NCBI RefSeq assembly: GCF_023558375.1 | Contig: NZ_CP083762.1 | Location: 64,273-88,272 of the forward strand | Direction: 5' to 3' | Length of the DNA: 24,000 nucleotides | Origin: Chroococcidiopsis sp. CCMEE 29 | GTDB lineage: Bacteria > Cyanobacteriota > Cyanobacteriia > Cyanobacteriales > Chroococcidiopsidaceae | Shown: positions 14,131 through 23,697 of the stretch, one piece after another | Layout of the letters: each line of letters starts with the position of its first letter | Numbering within the stretch: position 1 is the first letter of the stretch | The notes under the pieces: generated by a model | What the model was told of the DNA's origin: nothing | The model's input: only the letters and a program-made list of their open reading frames with translations | Databases searched by the model: none | Position numbers and translations under genes: made by a program

Positions 14131-14646
14131 ATGGAAACGAACCAAACCGAACACACCTCACACATGCCTGTTCAACCTCAAAAAGAACATCAGTGGCTCC
14201 AGAAACTTGTCGGTGAGTGGACCTATGAATCCGAAGCGCTGATGGGACCCGATCAACCTCCCGTCAAGTCAACGGGAACAGAAACAGTTCGCTCACTGGG
14301 TGGACTCTGGATATTGGCAGAAGGACAGGGTGAGATGCCGGGTTGTGGTCCTGCAACGACACTGATGACCCTCGGCTACGATCCTCAAAAACAGCGTTAT
14401 GTAGGCACCTGGGTCGGGTCAATGATGACGTACCTCTGGGTGTATGACGGTGAATTAGATGCAGGGGAAACTGTGCTAACGCTCAATTCCGATGGACCTG
14501 TCATGACGGGTGAGGAGAAACTAGGAAAGTACAAAGACGCGATCGAGTTCAAGAGCGACAATCATCGAATTTTGACCTCCCATATGTTGAGAGATGACGG
14601 GCAGTGGCAGCACTTCATGACCGCCCATTATTGGCGCAAGCAATAA
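14131..14646 (+). CDS. DUF1579 family protein
   Basis: 171 aa. LQKLVGEWTYE ... SLGGLWILAEGQGEMPG ... TLGYDPQKQRYVGTWVGSMMTYLW. Confidence 0.7.
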   Translation: METNQTEHTSHMPVQPQKEHQWLQKLVGEWTYESEALMGPDQPPVKSTGTETVRSLGGLWILAEGQGEMPGCGPATTLMTLGYDPQKQRYVGTWVGSMMTYLWVYDGELDAGETVLTLNSDGPVMTGEEKLGKYKDAIEFKSDNHRILTSHMLRDDGQWQHFMTAHYWRKQ

Positions 14647-14932
14647 ATGCTCCACGATTCTCTTGTAAGTTGCCATTTAATCTGGCTCCAGTCTCGCACG
14701 CGCATCCAGTCAGAACCAGGTTGTGTACCGATTGCCTGAAATCCGTAACGTTCTGCCAACCGGGATACTCTCAGGTTGGCACTTACAGAAATACCGATAA
14801 TCTCCTTCAGTCCCAAATCGCGGAACCCAAAATCAATCAGAGCTTTCCCGACTTCAATGGCATAGGCATAACGTCCCCAGTACTGTGGTGCTAGCTCAAT
14901 TCCAAGTTCTGCCTGCCCAGCAGCATAGCTGG
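14628..14932 (-). pseudogene. GNAT (RimJ/RimL-like) acetyltransferase, C-terminal ~100 codons only
   Basis: The frame is open up to the intron boundary: ..AELGIELAPQYWGRYAYAIEVGKALIDFGFRDLGLKEIIGISVSANLRVSRLAERYGFQAIG. The N-terminal ~70 codons are missing and were not found on the far side of the mobile block. Confidence 0.65.
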
Positions 14933-17418
14933 ATGCCTAAGCCAGGAAGTCACCCCCCTGACTCGGCTACAAAACCGTGCATGAAACGTTAATTTCACAC
15001 GGCTCCTCGATGATTTGGTGCTTGACAAGCACACCTCTAAATTCAGAGTTAAAAGGGATTACAGTTGAGATAATCCTCATCTATCTCTGGAACTGTAAGA
15101 GCAACTTTATCTGCTGCCGTTTTAGCATCGTGGCAATGTCCATGAAGTAATTGAAGATTGTCATAACTATCCTTACCGCCTTGAGAGCGGGGTATTTTAT
15201 GGTCGATTTCCATCAAGTCATCATGGTGAAAAAACAGTCCACAGTGAGTACACTTTCCTTTCTGCATCTTCAAGAGTGTTGCCATTCTTTTTGAAGCTTC
15301 AGGATGTTTACCCATTCTGGAACTCCAGTACACCCAATCACCATCAAACGGGCTACGACTTCCTTGCACTTGTATGTGTCTCACAATGCGAGTTTCACGG
15401 TGCTTGAGTAAGCGAATTTTCTGGTTATGGGGTTTAAATACCCAGTTATCAGACCCTACGGTTTGCCAATACTTTTGACAACTCCATCGGGAGGATTTAT
15501 TGGGGTGACGATGTTCTGCCCATGCTTTTAGCTGGCTGAATAATGTTGTATCCGCCTGGTTAAATATGCGTTTGCTGACGACGCCTGAGTAGTAGTTTGT
15601 CCATCCACGGATGACAGGATTTAGATGGGTGATTAAATCAGATTGTGGTACTGACTTATGCCCATCAATCAATTTACCTATCTTCTGCATATGTGCCTTC
15701 AGCTTTGTTTTGCTTGGGGTAATCAGAGTTTTGTAACCAAGTAATTTTCCGCTTGAGCTTTTACCACTGTGATATTTTCCTACAGGAAATTGTCGAACAG
15801 TGAAACCCAGAAAATCAAAACCAACTTTACCTTCATACATATTAAGTGTATGGGATATTCGGGTTTTACTTGGTTTGAATTCCAGCCCCAATTCGCTTAA
15901 CCATTCACTAATAATCTGCTGACATCTTTGGATAACGGCAAGGTCTTTATGCAGAATGACGAAATCATCTGCAAATCGAATTAAGCTTATTGCTGTATAG
16001 TTCGCCGCTAGAGAGCCAGGTAGACTTAAAGCAACTTGTTTAATTCTATTCTCCATGCCGTGGAGGGCTATATTCGCTAATAATGGCGAAATCGTACCCC
16101 CTTGTGGAACACCCATCGATGTTGTGTGGTCAGATTTCTCCCTCAAAGCATATTCGGAGAAATCAATCACTCCCGCTTTTAACCATGCACGAATTTGTCG
16201 GCGGATGGTGGGGAATGTATTTAATTTTGACAGCAGAACATTATGATGAATTTTGTCAAAACATTTTGCAATGTCGGCATCCAAAACATATTTAGGTTTG
16301 AGCTTAATAGTGTTGAATATTGCCTTCATTGCATCATGGGCATTTCTTCCTGGTCGGAAGCCGAAGGAGTTTGGCTCGAAACGAGCTTCCCATTCAGGTT
16401 CTAGGGCTAGTTTTACTAGCGATTGCAAGGCGCGGTCGTATAGAGTGGGTATAGAAAGGGGTCTTTTTTCTCCTGATGAACCGGGTTTTGGTATCCACAC
16501 CCTGCGAGTGGGGGCGGCTTTATGACCTAGTTTCAAGGATTGTACTAAGATGAGACGTGCTTTTGGGGACAAGTTTTTCTGCCCATCCACTCCTGCCGTC
16601 TTCTTACCTCGGTTTTCCTGTGTTACCCGACGAACCGCTAAACACTTTGCTGACCAGGAGCGTAACAACGTTTTTTGGAGTTGACGAACTGCTTTGACAT
16701 CACCACGCTGCGAGGCTTTGTAGATGCGCTTTTGCAACTTAAACACTTTCCGCTCTAGCTTTCGCCAGGGGATAGTCTTCCATTCCACCGTAGTCTTAAA
16801 ACTCGTTTTAGACATATAAATTGCTACTGGTACCTCTACAATCCAAGTCACCGTGCCTCCGTCTGCATATCCTCTGGCTTTCCCAAAGGCTTTGGCTTCT
16901 GAGGCAATCCTTCCCCTTGAAGGCTTGCGGCTGGCTACCTACTTAGGAAATCGACCATTTCCTGAGAGCGCATCAGGGGGTTACTTCGTTCCAATTCTTC
17001 GTTTGTCGCTGGTTTTAGGGTTCTCTCTCTTCACCGGGTTTATTGTGAGTGCATATTGGTCTGCCGCTTAATCAGCCAACCACTTATCCTTTCCCTTTTG
17101 GGACAAGCCTGACAGCCTTTTGGCTTGTTTTGCATTACGATGATTCAGTCAAGAGATTTGTATTCCTACCCATGACCAGCTATGCTAGGCGGGATTCCGC
17201 ATTAGGCTTGCAGTTACCGCCATGATTCCCCGCTTCATCCCATCAAAGAACCACTTGGCTGAAATGGGGGACTCGCTGTCACTCCTGCACTTGGAGGGAT
17301 GGAATTACACCATCACGAAAAATTGAGTTATCAAGGAACAGGAGAAGATTTCTCTCTTCTATCTTCCTTGTCTGTCATCCCCGAATATTTCTATTCGTTT
17401 CGACAGAACGAATCACAC
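14933..17418 (-). mobile_element. Group II intron, copy 1 (2486 nt)
   Basis: It starts GTGTG (17418 downward), has the RT/maturase/HNH ORF in domain IV, a canonical domain V and a domain VI with bulged A, and ends ..GGCAT at 14933 (+/-1-2 nt). Confidence 0.9.
15049..16851 (-). CDS. Group II intron reverse transcriptase/maturase with HNH endonuclease domain
   Basis: RT blocks (RRVWIPKPGSSGEKRPLSIPTLYDRALQ; FADDFVIL in place of YADD), X/maturase (RGWTNYY) and HNH (CTHCG...DHKIPRSQGG...HGHCH). The likely true start is ATG 16815 (MSKTSF..). The ORF-track start is a GTG. Confidence 0.9.
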   Translation of the reverse strand: MTWIVEVPVAIYMSKTSFKTTVEWKTIPWRKLERKVFKLQKRIYKASQRGDVKAVRQLQKTLLRSWSAKCLAVRRVTQENRGKKTAGVDGQKNLSPKARLILVQSLKLGHKAAPTRRVWIPKPGSSGEKRPLSIPTLYDRALQSLVKLALEPEWEARFEPNSFGFRPGRNAHDAMKAIFNTIKLKPKYVLDADIAKCFDKIHHNVLLSKLNTFPTIRRQIRAWLKAGVIDFSEYALREKSDHTTSMGVPQGGTISPLLANIALHGMENRIKQVALSLPGSLAANYTAISLIRFADDFVILHKDLAVIQRCQQIISEWLSELGLEFKPSKTRISHTLNMYEGKVGFDFLGFTVRQFPVGKYHSGKSSSGKLLGYKTLITPSKTKLKAHMQKIGKLIDGHKSVPQSDLITHLNPVIRGWTNYYSGVVSKRIFNQADTTLFSQLKAWAEHRHPNKSSRWSCQKYWQTVGSDNWVFKPHNQKIRLLKHRETRIVRHIQVQGSRSPFDGDWVYWSSRMGKHPEASKRMATLLKMQKGKCTHCGLFFHHDDLMEIDHKIPRSQGGKDSYDNLQLLHGHCHDAKTAADKVALTVPEIDEDYLNCNPF

Positions 17419-17648
17419 TAGCGACCTGCAATTATAAATGCTCAAACCTGCAAACAAGTCATTTTCAAACCAGCGTTTTCTTGACTTTCCTATTGGTAAG
17501 AGTTTCTGAACCCTAAACCGCCTACTCTCTAGTTAAAAAAGTCGGTAAAGAATTCAAAGTTAACTTATCAAATGCTGAGATGAGTTTTTTTGACAACCCC
17601 TGCAAGTCCTCACAGCCCAGTGCTAATAAGGCGTTTACTCTATTTGCA

Positions 17649-19500
17649 AATAATCCTGGGTCTTCCGCGATTTTGATGATGGAGAGGAATGTCACGGATG
17701 AGCGATCGCTCTTGATTGGAAACAGGATGAGGCGATCACCATTGGATGAACTGAAAACAGCAGAACAGAGAGTTCTAAACTGCCAATAAGAATCGTCGCT
17801 CAAGCAGCTCCATCCCAGCGCGACCATACATCTGCCGCTTCAACATCTTCAGTCGATTGATCTGCCCTTCGGTTTGACCGTTGCTCCAAGGAAGTGTTAC
17901 ACCTGCCTTAACAGCATCATAGTCCTCTTGCAGCCGTTTGGCAAAGCGGTTGAAAGGAGAAAGCTGGCTATGGAGCGCCTGTTCTAACCAAGGGTCGAGT
18001 TGCTCTGGCTGTCTGTCACGCACGAGAAAGGCAAAGCTTTGAGCGAGTTCAATCGCTTGGGTGAGGTCAGGATGCTGTGCCATGGCTTGTACGAGCTGTG
18101 CGTCATCTGGTTCCCAATTCTCCGGTCGTCGCGCTGCACATCTGGTAGTGCGGCGAGGTGTGAGCGCCAGTTTCTGGGGTTCACTCACCTTTGGCAGTTG
18201 CTTAATTGAACGCCGTCGTTTCCTGCGTTGCGTTCCTTGGGCTTGACGAAAGCGACGGGTATAGCGAGCTACTGTGTCATAGCTGCCAGAATAACCACGT
18301 TGTTGAATCTCCCCAAACAACCGCAAGGTATCATGACAACCATCGTTCCAACGTTCAAGAACATAGTCTTTGTAAGGGTCAACTAAGCGGCTCCGACCAC
18401 AGTCACGGCGTCCTTGGCGCTCCGGGAAGGTGGAACTGTGTAGGTAACGAAATACCGTCGTGCGACCAATCCCCACCTGACGAGCAATTGCTGGCACCAA
18501 CCAGCCTTGGTGGTGTAATTCCCAGACTCTCTTGTAATCTGCTTCTCGCCTCGACCGACGTTGTTCGGCAATGCTTTGCTCCTTGGGCAGCGGCTGCGGT
18601 GGCAACACTGGTACAACTGCGGTACTCTCAGGACTGATTACTGATGACAGGCTGTGTATTGCCCCAACTGTCTTAAGAGCTTGACTTTGTGCGCCAAACG
18701 CTTCAGCCAATGTTTCAGCCAGGTTTTGCAGCAGATGAAATCGGTCTGCTACTTGGATAGCCGTCGGTGCCCCTTGCCGAATGCCCCTTTCGTAAGCTTT
18801 GGAGCGATCTCGGGTGACGATTTCCACGCCTGGATGAACACAGAGCCAGTTGGCTAACGTCGATGCTTCCCGATCTGGCAGGAGCTCGATTGGTCGATGT
18901 TGTTCCAGGTTCACCAGAATTGTGCCGTAACGTCGCCCTTTCCGCCATGCCCAATCATCAACTCCAAGCACGCGGGGAGTCGCGTTGACAGCTAACCGAC
19001 TTTGATGAATGCGTCGCAATATCGTGTCCGGGCTGATAGGCATCCCTAGCCCCACCGCTAGCTTCACTCTAGCTTGACCACCTAGCATCATCCCAATCAG
19101 ATGCAGGGCATCATTGAATCGTACCGTTTGTCTACCATAAGCAGCGACGACGCGGGGCAGCCGTTCACAGAAAATTCGTCGTACACATGTCCGATTGACA
19201 CAGAAGAACCGACGGGTGAGTAGTTGTATTTGTACAGTAGCTCCTTGCCAAGGTAGATCTGTGAGTATGCGTTCGTAGCGACTATGTACCTGTGATGAAG
19301 GTTGGTGGCATTTGGGGCACAGAGCTACCGCTCTGATTGTCTTGACAACCAAGACCACTTGCGTGTCTTCTACAGAGAGGCTTTCTAGAGCGAGTACTTG
19401 AGGGTCAGCGAGGAGAGGGCTTTGATTCATATAACCCTCTTATTATAGCGAATTGCTACCTCATGCTTCATCAAAATTGCGGAAGACCCGTAATTACAGC
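17649..19500 (-). mobile_element. ISL3-family insertion sequence
   Basis: IRs GGGTCTTCCGCGATTTTGATGA (17658-17679) and TCATCAAAATTGCGGAAGACCC (19468-19489). Flanking direct repeat CTATTTGCA (17640-17648 and 19501-19509). Confidence 0.85.
17775..19430 (-). CDS. ISL3 family transposase
   Basis: 551 aa. N-terminal zinc finger CPKCHQPSSQVHSRYER, LPWQG motif, central DDWAWRKGRRYGT and a C-terminal SNGQTEGQINRLKMLKRQMYGRA signature. Confidence 0.9.
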   Translation of the reverse strand: MNQSPLLADPQVLALESLSVEDTQVVLVVKTIRAVALCPKCHQPSSQVHSRYERILTDLPWQGATVQIQLLTRRFFCVNRTCVRRIFCERLPRVVAAYGRQTVRFNDALHLIGMMLGGQARVKLAVGLGMPISPDTILRRIHQSRLAVNATPRVLGVDDWAWRKGRRYGTILVNLEQHRPIELLPDREASTLANWLCVHPGVEIVTRDRSKAYERGIRQGAPTAIQVADRFHLLQNLAETLAEAFGAQSQALKTVGAIHSLSSVISPESTAVVPVLPPQPLPKEQSIAEQRRSRREADYKRVWELHHQGWLVPAIARQVGIGRTTVFRYLHSSTFPERQGRRDCGRSRLVDPYKDYVLERWNDGCHDTLRLFGEIQQRGYSGSYDTVARYTRRFRQAQGTQRRKRRRSIKQLPKVSEPQKLALTPRRTTRCAARRPENWEPDDAQLVQAMAQHPDLTQAIELAQSFAFLVRDRQPEQLDPWLEQALHSQLSPFNRFAKRLQEDYDAVKAGVTLPWSNGQTEGQINRLKMLKRQMYGRAGMELLERRFLLAV

Positions 19501-19568
19501 CTATTTGCACTTAATGTGGTTTTGAAACCTTGTTTGCAGTTTGAGGCTCTGCTGTTTGCAGGTCGCTA

Positions 19569-22054
19569 GTGTGATTCGTTCTGTCGAAACGAATAGAAAT
19601 ATTCGGGGATGACAGACAAGGAAGATAGAAGAGAGAAATCTTCTCCTGTTCCTTGATAACTCAATTTTTCGTGATGGTGTAATTCCATCCCTCCAAGTGC
19701 AGGAGTGACAGCGAGTCCCCCATTTCAGCCAAGTGGTTCTTTGATGGGATGAAGCGGGGAATCATGGCGGTAACTGCAAGCCTAATGCGGAATCCCGCCT
19801 AGCATAGCTGGTCATGGGTAGGAATACAAATCTCTTGACTGAATCATCGTAATGCAAAACAAGCCAAAAGGCTGTCAGGCTTGTCCCAAAAGGGAAAGGA
19901 TAAGTGGTTGGCTGATTAAGCGGCAGACCAATATGCACTCACAATAAACCCGGTGAAGAGAGAGAACCCTAAAACCAGCGACAAACGAAGAATTGGAACG
20001 AAGTAACCCCCTGATGCGCTCTCAGGAAATGGTCGATTTCCTAAGTAGGTAGCCAGCCGCAAGCCTTCAAGGGGAAGGATTGCCTCAGAAGCCAAAGCCT
20101 TTGGGAAAGCCAGAGGATATGCAGACGGAGGCACGGTGACTTGGATTGTAGAGGTACCAGTAGCAATTTATATGTCTAAAACGAGTTTTAAGACTACGGT
20201 GGAATGGAAGACTATCCCCTGGCGAAAGCTAGAGCGGAAAGTGTTTAAGTTGCAAAAGCGCATCTACAAAGCCTCGCAGCGTGGTGATGTCAAAGCAGTT
20301 CGTCAACTCCAAAAAACGTTGTTACGCTCCTGGTCAGCAAAGTGTTTAGCGGTTCGTCGGGTAACACAGGAAAACCGAGGTAAGAAGACGGCAGGAGTGG
20401 ATGGGCAGAAAAACTTGTCCCCAAAAGCACGTCTCATCTTAGTACAATCCTTGAAACTAGGTCATAAAGCCGCCCCCACTCGCAGGGTGTGGATACCAAA
20501 ACCCGGTTCATCAGGAGAAAAAAGACCCCTTTCTATACCCACTCTATACGACCGCGCCTTGCAATCGCTAGTAAAACTAGCCCTAGAACCTGAATGGGAA
20601 GCTCGTTTCGAGCCAAACTCCTTCGGCTTCCGACCAGGAAGAAATGCCCATGATGCAATGAAGGCAATATTCAACACTATTAAGCTCAAACCTAAATATG
20701 TTTTGGATGCCGACATTGCAAAATGTTTTGACAAAATTCATCATAATGTTCTGCTGTCAAAATTAAATACATTCCCCACCATCCGCCGACAAATTCGTGC
20801 ATGGTTAAAAGCGGGAGTGATTGATTTCTCCGAATATGCTTTGAGGGAGAAATCTGACCACACAACATCGATGGGTGTTCCACAAGGGGGTACGATTTCG
20901 CCATTATTAGCGAATATAGCCCTCCACGGCATGGAGAATAGAATTAAACAAGTTGCTTTAAGTCTACCTGGCTCTCTAGCGGCGAACTATACAGCAATAA
21001 GCTTAATTCGATTTGCAGATGATTTCGTCATTCTGCATAAAGACCTTGCCGTTATCCAAAGATGTCAGCAGATTATTAGTGAATGGTTAAGCGAATTGGG
21101 GCTGGAATTCAAACCAAGTAAAACCCGAATATCCCATACACTTAATATGTATGAAGGTAAAGTTGGTTTTGATTTTCTGGGTTTCACTGTTCGACAATTT
21201 CCTGTAGGAAAATATCACAGTGGTAAAAGCTCAAGCGGAAAATTACTTGGTTACAAAACTCTGATTACCCCAAGCAAAACAAAGCTGAAGGCACATATGC
21301 AGAAGATAGGTAAATTGATTGATGGGCATAAGTCAGTACCACAATCTGATTTAATCACCCATCTAAATCCTGTCATCCGTGGATGGACAAACTACTACTC
21401 AGGCGTCGTCAGCAAACGCATATTTAACCAGGCGGATACAACATTATTCAGCCAGCTAAAAGCATGGGCAGAACATCGTCACCCCAATAAATCCTCCCGA
21501 TGGAGTTGTCAAAAGTATTGGCAAACCGTAGGGTCTGATAACTGGGTATTTAAACCCCATAACCAGAAAATTCGCTTACTCAAGCACCGTGAAACTCGCA
21601 TTGTGAGACACATACAAGTGCAAGGAAGTCGTAGCCCGTTTGATGGTGATTGGGTGTACTGGAGTTCCAGAATGGGTAAACATCCTGAAGCTTCAAAAAG
21701 AATGGCAACACTCTTGAAGATGCAGAAAGGAAAGTGTACTCACTGTGGACTGTTTTTTCACCATGATGACTTGATGGAAATCGACCATAAAATACCCCGC
21801 TCTCAAGGCGGTAAGGATAGTTATGACAATCTTCAATTACTTCATGGACATTGCCACGATGCTAAAACGGCAGCAGATAAAGTTGCTCTTACAGTTCCAG
21901 AGATAGATGAGGATTATCTCAACTGTAATCCCTTTTAACTCTGAATTTAGAGGTGTGCTTGTCAAGCACCAAATCATCGAGGAGCCGTGTGAAATTAACG
22001 TTTCATGCACGGTTTTGTAGCCGAGTCAGGGGGGTGACTTCCTGGCTTAGGCAT
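19569..22054 (+). mobile_element. Group II intron, copy 2 (2486 nt)
   Basis: GTGTG at 19569. Domain V GAGCCGTGTGAAATTAACGTTTCATGCACGGTTT at 21982-22015. Domain VI GCCGAGTCAGG...CCTGGCTTAGGC with bulged A. Ends GGCAT at 22054. By-eye comparison with copy 1 found no differences. Confidence 0.9.
20136..21938 (+). CDS. Group II intron reverse transcriptase/maturase with HNH endonuclease domain
   Basis: 600-aa translation identical to the copy at 15049-16851. The probable ATG start is at 20172. Confidence 0.9.
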   Translation: MTWIVEVPVAIYMSKTSFKTTVEWKTIPWRKLERKVFKLQKRIYKASQRGDVKAVRQLQKTLLRSWSAKCLAVRRVTQENRGKKTAGVDGQKNLSPKARLILVQSLKLGHKAAPTRRVWIPKPGSSGEKRPLSIPTLYDRALQSLVKLALEPEWEARFEPNSFGFRPGRNAHDAMKAIFNTIKLKPKYVLDADIAKCFDKIHHNVLLSKLNTFPTIRRQIRAWLKAGVIDFSEYALREKSDHTTSMGVPQGGTISPLLANIALHGMENRIKQVALSLPGSLAANYTAISLIRFADDFVILHKDLAVIQRCQQIISEWLSELGLEFKPSKTRISHTLNMYEGKVGFDFLGFTVRQFPVGKYHSGKSSSGKLLGYKTLITPSKTKLKAHMQKIGKLIDGHKSVPQSDLITHLNPVIRGWTNYYSGVVSKRIFNQADTTLFSQLKAWAEHRHPNKSSRWSCQKYWQTVGSDNWVFKPHNQKIRLLKHRETRIVRHIQVQGSRSPFDGDWVYWSSRMGKHPEASKRMATLLKMQKGKCTHCGLFFHHDDLMEIDHKIPRSQGGKDSYDNLQLLHGHCHDAKTAADKVALTVPEIDEDYLNCNPF

Positions 22055-22278
22055 CCACTTGACAAAGAAAAATAATTTGATTGCTTATAAATAAGGTTAG
22101 GGCGTGTCTGCGAACTAAGTATCCTAGTAAAGGAGTGTTAGGAGAAACGGATTGAGACTAAGATAGAAGTAATTAGTGCTCACACGTTTTTACTATCGAA
22201 AGTAGGTGAAGTGCTGACTACCAGGAAGAGTGAATTGGAAGTGATAACTTCACTGCTGTACAAAAGCCAACCCTTTGC

Positions 22279-22548
22279 TTGCCTATGAAGCTACTGTCAT
22301 CAGAACTAAACTCACCTGAATCGAGGCTGAAAAAGGCAGGTAGCTTGATTAAACGCTTCACTGCTGGCGTGGCAGTTGGGCTAACGATAGCTGCAATATA
22401 TTTTGGCTACGCACAAGAATGGCACCCACAACCTGTAGTTAGAAGCATTATGGTTAGCCTGACACTAGCAAGCATTGTTGGGGGACTAACTCTCAAGTGG
22501 GGCTACAGCATCCTACAGATGTTGTGGGAAAGTATGAATTTGCCCTAG
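22279..22548 (+). CDS. Hypothetical small membrane protein
   Basis: 89-aa ORF (ATG at 22285) with two hydrophobic helices (FTAGVAVGLTIAAIYFGYA; IMVSLTLASIVGGLTL). No recognisable family. Confidence 0.35.
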   Translation: MPMKLLSSELNSPESRLKKAGSLIKRFTAGVAVGLTIAAIYFGYAQEWHPQPVVRSIMVSLTLASIVGGLTLKWGYSILQMLWESMNLP

Positions 22549-22715
22549 TGAAGGTTCAAGAATTTACCTTATTAGATTGTGCTTGACGGACTTCGCCCGG
22601 AAGCTTTTGCTCAGCCTCCGGGAACTACCCAGAACTGCCAGCCGTGGCAGACAAGTTGGACCAGTATCGCAGGGCTGTAGGCGGTCGGGTGCCGCGTTTG
22701 ATCAGCAATTGCCCT

Positions 22716-23651
22716 CTATGTGTAGGCGACACCGGCAACTGTGTCAACCCAGAATTGGCTAAATCTGTCCCCGTCTATTTTAGTTACAACCCGTGTTGGC
22801 TTACCATCAGGGTCAATTCTCCAGTGCAGCACTCCATCTCTTAATTCTGTTTTCAGCGGAGCATGTGAAGTCTCTACTCCTTCGTGCCAACCGAGCGCGA
22901 TAGCACAAGTCAGCGGGTCGTGTTGAAAATTAATGATGTCCCTGGGTAGTTTGTTGCAAGTCTTGCCAAACTTTTCTCCGATTTGCTCATCTTCTGCGAA
23001 TGCTTCTGCCTGTCTTGCAAGCAATTGACCTAACGCGCCCCCTCCTCTCAAGACTTCCAGATGTTTTCTCCTCAGCGCGGTTTCCACTGTCACTGAAAGA
23101 GGAACAAACGTCGGATCTGAATTTTCAATGATGCATAGGGCTGATCGAGCGTCAACTTGAACATTAAAATCATCATCGTTGCCCCACTGCGGGAAGCCTT
23201 CTCGCGGCGGATAGACGTAGCCACCCATGAGGAAGAGTCGGGTATTGAGCAGTATCCCCGGATATTGGCTTTCGAGCAGATATAGATTTGTAAAGGGACC
23301 AATCCCAATCACAGTTGCATCCTGCTCAACACTTTGCTTTAGAAGTTCAACAGCTTCTCCCGCAACCTTCGGTAAAGGCGCAACGGTTCTTGCCCAATAC
23401 CTCTCTTCAGGCGGAAGACCCAGTTCATAGGGGTAGAATCCTTGAGAAATATCTGCTCCGGCGGCAACCGGAATATCGTTTCTGCCTTCAAGCTCCAAGA
23501 CATGTTTAACTTGTCCGGCTCTTCTGCCGTTTATCTCGGCAACTGTCGTAACTCCTGTAAGATGAGCATCACTCGACCATCTAAGCAGCATTGCCAAGGC
23601 ACAGATGTCGTCAATATCACTGCCAAAATCAGTATCAAGATGTATCTTCAA
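22716..23651 (-). CDS. Nucleoside hydrolase (inosine/uridine-preferring, IUNH family)
   Basis: 311 aa. N-terminal Asp cluster signature DTDFGSDIDD. TTG start preceded by AGGAG 9 nt upstream. Confidence 0.85.
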   Translation of the reverse strand: MKIHLDTDFGSDIDDICALAMLLRWSSDAHLTGVTTVAEINGRRAGQVKHVLELEGRNDIPVAAGADISQGFYPYELGLPPEERYWARTVAPLPKVAGEAVELLKQSVEQDATVIGIGPFTNLYLLESQYPGILLNTRLFLMGGYVYPPREGFPQWGNDDDFNVQVDARSALCIIENSDPTFVPLSVTVETALRRKHLEVLRGGGALGQLLARQAEAFAEDEQIGEKFGKTCNKLPRDIINFQHDPLTCAIALGWHEGVETSHAPLKTELRDGVLHWRIDPDGKPTRVVTKIDGDRFSQFWVDTVAGVAYT

Positions 23652-23697
23652 CGCCGAATTCTCCTTTACAGTTAGTTTGCAATACTGTTTATAGCTG

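Larger units (their letters stand above)
17419..19568. mobile_element. 289-bp MITE derived from an IS5-family element, interrupted by ISL3
   Basis: Imperfect ~55-nt terminal IRs (TAGCGACCTGCAA..GC.CAAAC.TGCAAACAAG..TTTCAAA) lie at 17419 onward and, reverse-complemented, at 19568 backward. The first 91 nt (17419-17509) match 23698-23788 with one change. No transposase ORF of its own. Confidence 0.7.

Noticed and set aside
16853-17071. 72-aa ORF (duplicated at 19916-20134) just upstream of, and antisense to, the intron RT gene.
   Set aside because: It lies antisense within ribozyme domains I-III of the intron. It is duplicated only because the intron is. It has no start context and no motifs.
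17522-17827. 101-aa minus-strand ORF and 69-aa plus-strand ORF at the MITE/ISL3 junction.
   Set aside because: They span the boundary of two unrelated mobile elements and the ISL3 inverted repeat, so they are chance open frames.
15049-21938. RT genes considered as retron or diversity-generating retroelement reverse transcriptases.
   Set aside because: The ORFs carry maturase (X) and HNH domains. They are embedded between a GTGTG 5' end and canonical domains V/VI, which is diagnostic of group II introns. No template/variable repeat pairs or msr/msd-like structures were noted.
22058-22278. Search for the missing N-terminal half of the truncated GNAT gene on the far side of the intron/MITE block.
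   Set aside because: Minus-strand translations show stops in all frames and no GNAT-like motifs. The disruption therefore involved a deletion or rearrangement and was not a simple insertion.
22635-22650. Perfect hairpin CTGCCAgccgTGGCAG between convergent genes, considered as a terminator.
   Set aside because: There is no U-tract on either strand. It is noted only as a possible stabilising stem-loop.
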